Shown here: positions 8,983-17,139 of the stretch, piece after piece
How the letters are laid out: each line of letters opens with the position of its first letter
How positions within the stretch are numbered: the stretch's first letter is position 1
Assembly: GCA_016933575.1 (NCBI GenBank)
Contig: JAFGAR010000064.1
Location: 1-64,000 of the forward strand
DNA from: Candidatus Thorarchaeota archaeon
GTDB lineage: Archaea > Asgardarchaeota > Thorarchaeia > Thorarchaeales > Thorarchaeaceae
DNA length: 64,000 nt
Reading direction: 5' to 3'
Position numbers and translations under genes: made by a program
The notes under the pieces: generated by a model
Databases searched by the model: none
What the model was told of the DNA's origin: nothing
The model's input: only the letters and a program-made list of their open reading frames with translations

Positions 8983-9201
8983 ATGAGCAAACTCAACTTA
9001 CCTATTCTTGTCGAGGTCGACGAGGATGGCGTCTATATCGTGAGTTGCCCCGTGTTCAAAGGATGCCACTCATACGGAGAAACTATTGATGAGGCTCTGG
9101 AAAATCTGAGAGAGGTCATTGATATGTGCCTTGAAGGTGAAGAGGTGGCTAGTTTGAACCAATTCATTGGATTCCGAGAGATAGAAATTACTATTCCGTA
9201 G
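8983..9201 (+). CDS. hicB: HicB-family antitoxin (short, RNase H-fold only)
   Basis: ILVEVDEDGVYIVSCPVFKGCHSYGETIDEALENLREVI is the typical HicB signature. Confidence 0.88.
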   Translation: MSKLNLPILVEVDEDGVYIVSCPVFKGCHSYGETIDEALENLREVIDMCLEGEEVASLNQFIGFREIEITIP

Positions 9202-9251
9202 GAATCTTTCTAGTGGCTCTCTTTTTTATATTGCTTTCAGGTGGCGCAATC

Positions 9252-9491
9252 ATGTCACGACTTCCTGCTATCGAAGGTCAACAACTGGTCAAAGTACTAC
9301 AGAGGCTTGGATTTGTGATCGTTCGTACAAAGGGGTCTCATGTACGGATGAGAGCAGAGGATGGAAGAGTGACAACAGTTCCTATCCACGCTAAGAAGAT
9401 TTTGCCAAAGGGTCTCCTTAGAAAGATTATTCGAGAAGATTTGAAAATGGAACTCAACGAGTTTATTGATATCTTCTTCGAGCTGAAATAG
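9252..9491 (+). CDS. hicA: HicA-family mRNA interferase toxin
   Basis: MSRLPAI...LQRLGF...KGSHVRM...TTVPIH...LPKGLLRKII; ATG 9252 after GGTGG. Confidence 0.9.
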   Translation: MSRLPAIEGQQLVKVLQRLGFVIVRTKGSHVRMRAEDGRVTTVPIHAKKILPKGLLRKIIREDLKMELNEFIDIFFELK

Positions 9492-9520
9492 ATGTCATAC
9501 ATCAAACCTCCTGTGTAACC

Positions 9521-9696
9521 TGCGCCTCCACACGGTCAACCTCTACGCTGACCAGGACACCCTGGTGCCGGAGCCGGAGGAGGCAGATGGGACTCCAGAA
9601 GGAATTTTGACGAGTAGTGATTTTGAAATCGCTGAAAATGCTTACGAATCTTCAAATTCACTGTATGCAATAACTTGGACATTGATTAATTTTTGA
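9521..9696 (+). pseudogene. Junction repeat copy D plus truncated tip
   Basis: 9521-9580 is 59/60 identical to 7425-7484; reads RLHTVNLYADQDTLVPEPEEADGTPEG...YAITWTLINF*P, with TGA where cassette 1 has LINFWP. Confidence 0.85.
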
Positions 9697-10061
9697 CCTG
9701 TTTCATTACACCAATTACTTTCAGAGATTGCATCTACCATCGGTTCGTAGTAATAAACGATCTATCGAAGGCATTCTTTACTGTTCTCTTTGCCATTCTA
9801 TTCTATCTTAATAAGGACACAAATGAAACTAATGAACAGGGTATTCACGGGTACGCAATTCTCCTCGAGTCTTCGATGAGAAAGGTAGATAGACCTGAGG
9901 CAGTCCTCCGTCGGACAGTCAATAGAATGATTCAGAGGGGAAAACCATCAAAGGACAAGATACTAGACATCCTTGAATATTTCATTGATCAGAATGATGA
10001 AGTAGGCAAAGAAGCAAAGATGCTCTGGGATGAGTTGAACTCTGAAGAAACAGCAATTTGA
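9693..10061 (+). CDS. Partner-family protein, probably N-truncated
   Basis: C-terminal ILEYFIDQNDEVGKEAK motif matches ORFs 731 and 6806; only one TM remains. Confidence 0.55.
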   Translation: MTCFITPITFRDCIYHRFVVINDLSKAFFTVLFAILFYLNKDTNETNEQGIHGYAILLESSMRKVDRPEAVLRRTVNRMIQRGKPSKDKILDILEYFIDQNDEVGKEAKMLWDELNSEETAI

Positions 10062-10200
10062 AACATTCCGTTACAGCTGTATGTAAGTTGTATGCGTAAA
10101 AGCAACTGAAATGGGTATTTAGGGCATCCTAATCAACAAGCTTCATATGGCCTCGCTGAGAGGACTCTGGTAGATGAGCTATACATGAGGTCTGATTCTT

Positions 10201-11499
10201 TTGTCAGTTGCACCAGTCCTGCTTCCAAAAGGGAGCACTTCAGATGTAATAGAGACTAGAAGACATGAGATACTTGGCCTCAACGGAAGACTCTGGCGCT
10301 TAGCGCTTGTTGCTGGAATTGCTCAACTCTCAGTGAGTATCTGGACTTGGCAATTTGCTATTTTTTTGGACACTTTTCTGAATCCTTGGGACATAGGTTT
10401 GACCTTTACTATAGGTACACTTGCAGCATTGGTAGGCTATCCAATCTCTGGTGCGTTGGCTGATGTTGTTGGCAGAAAGAAGACTATGATTTTTTCTTTT
10501 ATTCCCTTGTGTCTTGGTCTCTTCATGCTTTACATCATTCCCGTTTGGCCTTACGTTGTTGCATCCTATGGCCTTACACAATTCGGTTGGAGCTTCATCA
10601 TTATTATCACGAGAGCAATGCCCGCAGATGAGATTGCTAGAGAGCATATGATGGATTCGACCAAGAAATTCACGATGGTGTTAATGCCTGCGTTTCTAAT
10701 GGATGGAATCAGCCCGATTCTTGCTGTGTTGCTAATCCAATCTGGTTCTAGTCTTAGCTATCTATTGCTTATTGGCGCAGTCGCCGGAATCGTTGCACTG
10801 CTTCTTACTGTATTATTTGTACAAGAGACCTTGCATCCCGAGACAAAGAGAAAAGCTCGGTTGGAACCTAAGGTCTCTATTAGGAAACTTGGACAGAAGT
10901 TTTGGTACTTTACTGGAGGAATGGTCGGATACTATCTTGCATGGGGTCTAGCAATTCCATACCTAGGCCCCCTGAGTGTAGACGCATGGGGTATTGATGT
11001 TTCAATATATGGTCTAACATGGAGTGCTTTTTCATTATCAACTGTTCTGTTGATGTATGGGCTGAGTAGCTTTGCAGATAGAGGCCGTAGAAGAGCTCTG
11101 ATTGTAGGTCTCGCTGCTAATGGACTGATTATGATATTATTCGGTATAGGGTCTGGTGTCTTGACCATGTTTGCTCTGAACATTCTCTGGGCTGGTCCAA
11201 TTGTGGTATGGATTGGTGTTGAACGAAGCCTAGCAATAGATGGTGTTGCAGATCAATTCAAAGGTCGAGCCTTAGCAACCTATCAATTGATTACTAGTAT
11301 CACGGGTCTCATCGCCACGCCTGCAGGAGCCTTGATCTGGGAGATCACATCCAGTTTGAGATTTCTCTGGATTCTCTCCGGATTGCTGGCTTTACTCTCA
11401 CTATCAATAATCTACTGGAGTATCTATTACAAACCAAGACCTGATATCACATCAAATGTTAAGATCAGACGTAAGAGAGTTGTACAAAGTCGAATATAA
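10201..11499 (+). CDS. MFS transporter
   Basis: 12 TM pattern, GALADVVGRKK motif A. Confidence 0.9.
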   Translation: MSVAPVLLPKGSTSDVIETRRHEILGLNGRLWRLALVAGIAQLSVSIWTWQFAIFLDTFLNPWDIGLTFTIGTLAALVGYPISGALADVVGRKKTMIFSFIPLCLGLFMLYIIPVWPYVVASYGLTQFGWSFIIIITRAMPADEIAREHMMDSTKKFTMVLMPAFLMDGISPILAVLLIQSGSSLSYLLLIGAVAGIVALLLTVLFVQETLHPETKRKARLEPKVSIRKLGQKFWYFTGGMVGYYLAWGLAIPYLGPLSVDAWGIDVSIYGLTWSAFSLSTVLLMYGLSSFADRGRRRALIVGLAANGLIMILFGIGSGVLTMFALNILWAGPIVVWIGVERSLAIDGVADQFKGRALATYQLITSITGLIATPAGALIWEITSSLRFLWILSGLLALLSLSIIYWSIYYKPRPDITSNVKIRRKRVVQSRI

Positions 11500-11525
11500 C
11501 GGTAAATTGAGAATTACAACTATGG

Positions 11526-11885
11526 TCAGAAGACAATATCTTTCATCATCTTGACTTTGCCGTTTTCGATCGGTACACCCTCTTCTATGCAGTGTTGGCG
11601 TCTTCCTGAGGCTCGATTCGGGTCGCCTCCAAAACTTCCATCCTCCTTTACGACACGATGACATGCAACTACAGGAAAGAGGGGATTTTTGTGTAACGAG
11701 TTGGCTACTGCTCGATAGGCCTTGGGTTTTCCAATCATCATGGCAACCCTTCCATACGTACTTACCTTTCCCTTTGGAATTCGAAATGTAGCTGCATAGA
11801 CCTTACTGTCGAATTCAGTATATCCTTGAATCTCCAGAGTAGCTCGTCTAACATCATCCTCTGTCTTGATCTTGTTGAGGTCCAT
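11526..11885 (-). CDS. ogt: MGMT family O6-alkylguanine-DNA alkyltransferase (DNA-binding/catalytic domain only)
   Basis: IPKGKVSTYG, RAVA, NP..VVACHRVV. Confidence 0.85.
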   Translation of the reverse strand: MDLNKIKTEDDVRRATLEIQGYTEFDSKVYAATFRIPKGKVSTYGRVAMMIGKPKAYRAVANSLHKNPLFPVVACHRVVKEDGSFGGDPNRASGRRQHCIEEGVPIENGKVKMMKDIVF

Positions 11886-12045
11886 TATGTATCCTCCACA
11901 TTAGTTCGATAGAGGTGAAACCATCGATATTGAATATGGCTCTTTCACTCACTGCATCCGAGTGTGTTTACCACCTATGACGATGGAATCTTGGGAAAGA
12001 GAGATAAGGCTGAAGGACTATCAGAGAAACGAAAGAGGGTGTTAG

Positions 12046-12495
12046 ATGAGCGAGACCATTGAACCCATCAAGATTAAGAGCATCCTAGTAGCAGTGGATG
12101 GTTCGGCACATTCTGAGAAGGCAGTACGATATGCGTGCGCTATGGGTCCTCCTCTTGGTGCAGAAGTCGTCCTGCTTCATGTAGTTCCTATGGTTGTGTC
12201 AGCAACTCCGTATCATGATACGGTTTCTGATCAGCCATTCATTTCACTCCAGAATCTTGGAGAGGATATTCTAGAGCGCGCAAAGAAACTAGCTAATCGA
12301 TGCGGCTGTGAGGTTGTTGATATGATATCGCATGGAGACCCTGCAGCTCAGATCATTGATATCGCAAGTGAGCGGGGCGTAGATATCATCATCATTGGTT
12401 CAAGAGGACTTAGTGGGATTAAGAGACTATTCACGGGTTCAATCAGTGACAAGGTCTCGAAGAGTGCATCGTGTCCTGTGATGATTATTCGTTAG
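12046..12495 (+). CDS. Universal stress protein
   Basis: ILVAVDGS, GDPA, IIIGSRG, GSIS..V...A.CPVMII. Confidence 0.95.
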   Translation: MSETIEPIKIKSILVAVDGSAHSEKAVRYACAMGPPLGAEVVLLHVVPMVVSATPYHDTVSDQPFISLQNLGEDILERAKKLANRCGCEVVDMISHGDPAAQIIDIASERGVDIIIIGSRGLSGIKRLFTGSISDKVSKSASCPVMIIR

Positions 12496-12507
12496 TAGAA
12501 TAAACTC

Positions 12508-13788
12508 ATGGGATGTTTTCTGTTGCCCGGGTCTAACGACTATGGAATCGCTGTGGATATTGGTACGACAAATATTACATTTTATCTCGTCAGACTTAAT
12601 AATAATCATATAGAGAATCGTCTACTGATGAGAAATCCTCAAAGCTTTTTTGGAGCTGATGTGATTTCCCGAATTAGGCACTCATTGGTAAGCCATCAAC
12701 ATAAATTAGAACTTGTTGAGTCAATCCGAGAAGTAGTAGAGCGAGGTGTTGAAGGTCTCCTAGAGGAAGTTGATGTTAGACCTTCCCGAGTTTCGGATGT
12801 TGTGATAGTTGGTAACACTGTCATGCACCATCTGTTCTTTGATCTCTCTCTTGATTCTCTCACGCGACCTCCCTATCAGGCATCCGATAAGAAAGCTATT
12901 CATATAGATGCCTCCAATATTGGACTTGATATCCTGCAAAAAGCAGAATGCTATTCTCCTCCCGTTGTTGAGTCATTTATCGGTCCGGATGCAATTGCAG
13001 TCCTTATTGCGAGTAACTATTTGGATGAAAGATCAAATCAGATAGTGATAGATGTAGGAACTAATACTGAGATATCAGTCATTACTCCTAAAGGGATATG
13101 GATTGTATCAGCAGCATCTGGACCGGCCTTTGAAGGAATGGCTATTGATTGCGGAATCGGAGGAGAGATTGGAGCTATCAATAAAGTGAGTGTAGACTCG
13201 AAGACTTACAGACCAATGATATCCGTTATCGGTAACAGTCGTCCTCGCGGGATTTGTGGAACAGGTGCTGTATCTGCTATGGCATCAATGCTTGATGCTA
13301 ATTTGTTACTCCCTCACGGTTCGCTAAATAGAGATCTCAATTCAAAATGGCTGTCTTTCGACGGCAGCATTGCAAGGTACATCCTTGAATTTCCTGACAA
13401 CACGACAACTGGTAGTGCTATCTATTTAGCTCAAACTGACATTCGTATGCTTCAACAGTCCAAGGCTGCAATTCGTGGAGCTATAGAGGTTGTTCTCATG
13501 GAGGCAAATACAAAATCTTCAGAACTCACTGCTCTATTTCTTACTGGTGTGTTTGGTTCAGACCTTCAGATCGAGGATGCCTATCGTATTGGCATGTTCC
13601 CACACTTCAAGGGAATTCGCATTCAGCAGACTCCACGAGGAGCTGTAGATGGAGCAGCAATTCTTCTTAAGAGTGAGAACAGACTTCTCGCAGAGAGTCT
13701 CGTCGAAGAACTCAATTATATAGAACTCACCGAAAATGAAGATTTCAAGAGAATGTACTTGGAATCATTTCCCTTTCCTAATAGATGA
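12508..13788 (+). CDS. ASKHA-type reductive activator of corrinoid proteins (RACo/DUF4445-like), no Fe-S domain
   Basis: IAVDIGTT, NPQ..FGADVISRI, GNTVMHH, IDVGTNTE, GPAFEG, GICGTG, Q.DIR..Q..KAAI. Confidence 0.85.
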   Translation: MGCFLLPGSNDYGIAVDIGTTNITFYLVRLNNNHIENRLLMRNPQSFFGADVISRIRHSLVSHQHKLELVESIREVVERGVEGLLEEVDVRPSRVSDVVIVGNTVMHHLFFDLSLDSLTRPPYQASDKKAIHIDASNIGLDILQKAECYSPPVVESFIGPDAIAVLIASNYLDERSNQIVIDVGTNTEISVITPKGIWIVSAASGPAFEGMAIDCGIGGEIGAINKVSVDSKTYRPMISVIGNSRPRGICGTGAVSAMASMLDANLLLPHGSLNRDLNSKWLSFDGSIARYILEFPDNTTTGSAIYLAQTDIRMLQQSKAAIRGAIEVVLMEANTKSSELTALFLTGVFGSDLQIEDAYRIGMFPHFKGIRIQQTPRGAVDGAAILLKSENRLLAESLVEELNYIELTENEDFKRMYLESFPFPNR

Positions 13789-14266
13789 GTTCCTCATTTT
13801 CGAAGTTTTCACCACTTCGAATTCTTGAAGATGATAATGGTCTACCATCTTGAGTTCTGACCATGGGTATGATTACTATATGGAACCTTCGCAATCCATT
13901 ATCGATTCTCAATTGATTGATGTCGAATGCATTCTGGACAACTCCAATCTCATCAGAAACAATCAATGCTTCTAAGTCTTCCATTGTATCGCCACCTCCC
14001 TCTCTCGTATTTATTGGAAAGATAGAGGCTCTTTGAATATCACATTCATCCTTGAGGAAGTCTTCAATCTGGCAATATCTCTCCTCGTATGATTGGATTA
14101 TTTCTCTGTTAGTCTTGAATCTCAACATATGATCAGTGGTGAGACCGATGGCAACAGACCTGCCCAATTTGAAAGCTGTACGCATGATGTGTTTATGCCC
14201 TTCGTGCAACCTGTCAAAGGTGCCAGCAAAGACGACCTTGTTGTATAACCAATGGTCGTCTTCCAT
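13778..14266 (-). CDS. coaD: Phosphopantetheine adenylyltransferase, archaeal/eukaryotic type
   Basis: GTFDRLHEGH, GLT.D, IN.LR..NGL, LSSSRIR. Confidence 0.88.
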   Translation of the reverse strand: MEDDHWLYNKVVFAGTFDRLHEGHKHIMRTAFKLGRSVAIGLTTDHMLRFKTNREIIQSYEERYCQIEDFLKDECDIQRASIFPINTREGGGDTMEDLEALIVSDEIGVVQNAFDINQLRIDNGLRRFHIVIIPMVRTQDGRPLSSSRIRSGENFENEELIY

Positions 14267-14269
14267 TAG

Positions 14270-16261
14270 CTACACACTCCGAGATTCGATTATGCCTGCT
14301 TCTGTTAGATCTCTGACAATCTTCAGAAGTTCTCCAGCTTCAATATCACCGAATTGGAAACAAAGCATATCCCATATGATATCAAGAGAGGTCCATTCTT
14401 GAGCCATGTTTAGCATCTCATCAAGACGATCCATTGCATGCGGATCTTTCTTCCGCATTTCATTATATTTTGCTGCTTTATCTCCCAGTTTCAGCATCAG
14501 AAATGATGGGTTCAATGCATGTTTATAGATACGTTTCACCTCAATTCCGAAGCTCTCAGGTTCTAGGACGATTTGGTCTTCTTGCATCGCCTCAAGTCCA
14601 ACTTCAGCGCAGGCACCTTCGTAGGCTTTTCTTGCAATGACCATTTCTGTTGTATACACCATCTGAAGGCTTGTTTTGAGAGCTTGCCTTATGGCCTCTT
14701 GTTCAGCAATTAATGACCATTCTGACGCAGCCTTGTCAAGAGTTGCTTGACCCAACTCATGCGCATGACCCAACCATCTTAATACACGTGGGTATATCTT
14801 TTCAGGGTCTCCAAGACACCGTGATAATTCTGTGACTCCTTGGAGAGACACCTCCTGCATTAGTTCAACAAACTCGTTACGGCACTCTGTAAGGATTGCT
14901 TCTTCATAGACATGTTTGGGAAGCACATATGACAAGGCTGTAAGTGCAGCTATCCTTGTTGCATATGCCATCTGTCTAGTATCTAGTTTATCAGGTGTGT
15001 CTGTCGAAGTGTGGTAGAAACGATCAGGGTCTTGATTCAACATCACTGCTGGAATCCGAATGGTACTATCTGTAAGCATGAAGTGATCGCTTCCTGCTCC
15101 ATAACGGCTGTATTTGCAGGCAAGCGGTGCCATAGTACCACCTTCAAGTCTATCATCCTCTCTGACCGCCTCAGTCATGAGCCAATGTCTTACTACATTA
15201 TTCAGAGTACTTGGCAGAGAAAATGGTGTTCTAAGTAATTGTGTAATCACACCTGATTTCGCCGGGTCTGCTCCGACCATATCCATGTTGAGCATGCCAA
15301 TACAACGTTTGAGGATATCTTTCTCCCGATCTATGAAATAGATTGTGCCTGACCATTCTGGCATCCAGACGAAACGAATAGAGTAGACAGGTTTCGGTAT
15401 TTTGCCCTCTTTTATGAGTCCAGTGAGGACGCGGAGAGTTTCCATGAGAGCACCACTGCCAGATGCATTATCATTTGCTCCACTATGAGGATGACAGACA
15501 TGAGCTGCTAGCCAGAATTCTCTTGAAGTATCCTCTCCAGGTATCAGTGCTGATAGTACTTCAACTACACCATCTACCAATTTTGCATCCACAGTAGCTT
15601 TAACTCTTACTGTCTTTCCTTCATCAAGCCATTTTTTCAGTTTCAGTCCATCGCCTTGGGTTAGTGAAAATCCGAATTTGGCTTTCTCACGTTCTTCACC
15701 TGAAGGCCATATTGCATCATATCTACGAAGACTTGCTATCTCATCCTGACCTGAAGGTGGTACATATGTCAAAATACCAGCTGCGCCATATCCAACACAT
15801 GCAACTCTGTGTGCAAGACGTGCAAGGCTCTCGGTAAGCACGATTTTTCCTTTTACATCCTTGCCTTCATAATCTTCTGGAGAAAGCCCTTTTCCAACAT
15901 AGACAACTTCTGCTTCAATATCCGTAGTAGTTGAATGAGCAATCAGAGAAATGGGCTCTGCAACAAAGTCTGCGAGAGTCTTTTCCTCAGGGTCAATTAG
16001 GTAGAGTTTAGCCTTTCTCGGATGCCAACCGACAATTGCTTCCCATGACCCAACTGTTGTTTTTCCATCTGCTGGATATTCGAAAATTTTACTTTCAATA
16101 TTCGATATTGATTCAATCTCTTTCTTGATATATGCCACTGCATCATGGAGGCCTGGACTTGCTTGTATTCTATGATGAATGGAAATTGCAGTTGCATAGT
16201 CCTTTGCTTTTATTCCTGAAACAGTGTCTGCTATATGCTTGATTATTTCTTCTGGCAGCAT
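14270..16261 (-). CDS. M28-family aminopeptidase-like protein with PA domain (DUF4910-like)
   Basis: AHVCHP, GANDNASG, PE..G, NMDMVG, GSDH, YHTS.DT. Confidence 0.85.
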   Translation of the reverse strand: MLPEEIIKHIADTVSGIKAKDYATAISIHHRIQASPGLHDAVAYIKKEIESISNIESKIFEYPADGKTTVGSWEAIVGWHPRKAKLYLIDPEEKTLADFVAEPISLIAHSTTTDIEAEVVYVGKGLSPEDYEGKDVKGKIVLTESLARLAHRVACVGYGAAGILTYVPPSGQDEIASLRRYDAIWPSGEEREKAKFGFSLTQGDGLKLKKWLDEGKTVRVKATVDAKLVDGVVEVLSALIPGEDTSREFWLAAHVCHPHSGANDNASGSGALMETLRVLTGLIKEGKIPKPVYSIRFVWMPEWSGTIYFIDREKDILKRCIGMLNMDMVGADPAKSGVITQLLRTPFSLPSTLNNVVRHWLMTEAVREDDRLEGGTMAPLACKYSRYGAGSDHFMLTDSTIRIPAVMLNQDPDRFYHTSTDTPDKLDTRQMAYATRIAALTALSYVLPKHVYEEAILTECRNEFVELMQEVSLQGVTELSRCLGDPEKIYPRVLRWLGHAHELGQATLDKAASEWSLIAEQEAIRQALKTSLQMVYTTEMVIARKAYEGACAEVGLEAMQEDQIVLEPESFGIEVKRIYKHALNPSFLMLKLGDKAAKYNEMRKKDPHAMDRLDEMLNMAQEWTSLDIIWDMLCFQFGDIEAGELLKIVRDLTEAGIIESRSV

Positions 16262-16343
16262 AATATCCTCTCACACTATGAAAAATATGTGAAATTCTGC
16301 CATAAGTAGTCTACGACTTAGGCGTATTTGCACAAAAACCGTC

Positions 16344-16393
16344 AAAAAATGAGGAGAAATCACCGGAAGGCAAGAAGTTGCTTCCGGTTGATT
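16344..16393 (-). terminator. Imperfect hairpin + pyrimidine/U tract after ferritin
   Basis: AATCACCGGAAGGCAA-GAAG-TTGCTTCCGGTTGATT, followed on the minus strand by TCTCCTCATTTTTT. Confidence 0.55.
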
Positions 16394-16414
16394 CCAAGTT
16401 GAAGATTTCTGACT

Positions 16415-16951
16415 CTATGGAGCAGTAGATTCAAGAGGTGGAGCTGGTGCAGCAGGTCGTGCACCTAGTTTTGCATCAAGCTGCAAAAGTGCTGGCATCG
16501 ATTCTCCAATCATCTTCAGCATGTCGCGAATTTCCATGGTGTTCTTCTCTTCTTCAGTTTGTTCATTGTAGAACCACTGCAACATTGCTTGAGCAGATCT
16601 GTCTTTGAGTCTGTCTGCAATATCACCGATCTTGTAGATTCTCTCTGTCACCATCAATTCATGCTTGTAAGCATCTGCAAAGACGTCATGAGCTGAAGCC
16701 CATTCTGTCTTTGGACCTTCGATTGCTTTCATTGTGACACGTCCGCCTCTCTCTACAATGTGGCGGTAGAATCTAATGGCATGAGCATACTCCTCATCTG
16801 CTTGTACTTCCATCCAATGAGCCATACCTGAGAGATTCTTCTCCTCAAACCATGTGGCCATTGAGAGGTAGATATAGCCGCTATAGAGTTCAAAATTTAT
16901 CTGATCATTTATTGCATCCATTATTTCTTGTGAAATTTCCATTTTATGCAC
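16415..16951 (-). CDS. ftnA: Ferritin (non-heme, prokaryotic)
   Basis: NDQINFELYSGYIYLSM, QADEE..HA, E..VT..I, WF..EQ.EEE ferroxidase residues. Confidence 0.95.
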   Translation of the reverse strand: MHKMEISQEIMDAINDQINFELYSGYIYLSMATWFEEKNLSGMAHWMEVQADEEYAHAIRFYRHIVERGGRVTMKAIEGPKTEWASAHDVFADAYKHELMVTERIYKIGDIADRLKDRSAQAMLQWFYNEQTEEEKNTMEIRDMLKMIGESMPALLQLDAKLGARPAAPAPPLESTAP

Positions 16952-17139
16952 CTCAACTTACGGATACTTTTTCTTCCGCTTGTTGAATTACTTCACGATA
17001 GCTAATATTTGGTCTTTAAACTTTCGGTATAACTCAGATATTCTCCCTCATTACGATATGACCTGTGGGTCTGTCCAACGAACCTTTTTCTTATAGAATT
17101 CAATCTGTTTCTCTCTATATCACATAGGAGTGTAGATTC

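Noticed and set aside
5938-9603. Junction repeats as DGR template/variable repeats
   Set aside because: Mismatches are mostly synonymous T/C and mixed changes rather than adenine-specific, and no reverse transcriptase is present in the window.
5938-9603. CRISPR array or integron attC sites
   Set aside because: The repeats are protein-coding, 60-123 bp, spaced about 0.8-1.4 kb apart and non-palindromic; no cas or integrase genes were seen.
1695-9696. Programmed readthrough (Pyl/Sec/Trp recoding) of in-frame TAG/TGA in tip remnants
   Set aside because: The same remnants also show deletions or missing starts, and TAG/TGA end many normal genes in this window. Pseudogenisation is simpler.
16358-16393. 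Iron-responsive element at the ferritin gene
   Set aside because: No CAGUGN loop; position and U-tract fit a terminator better.
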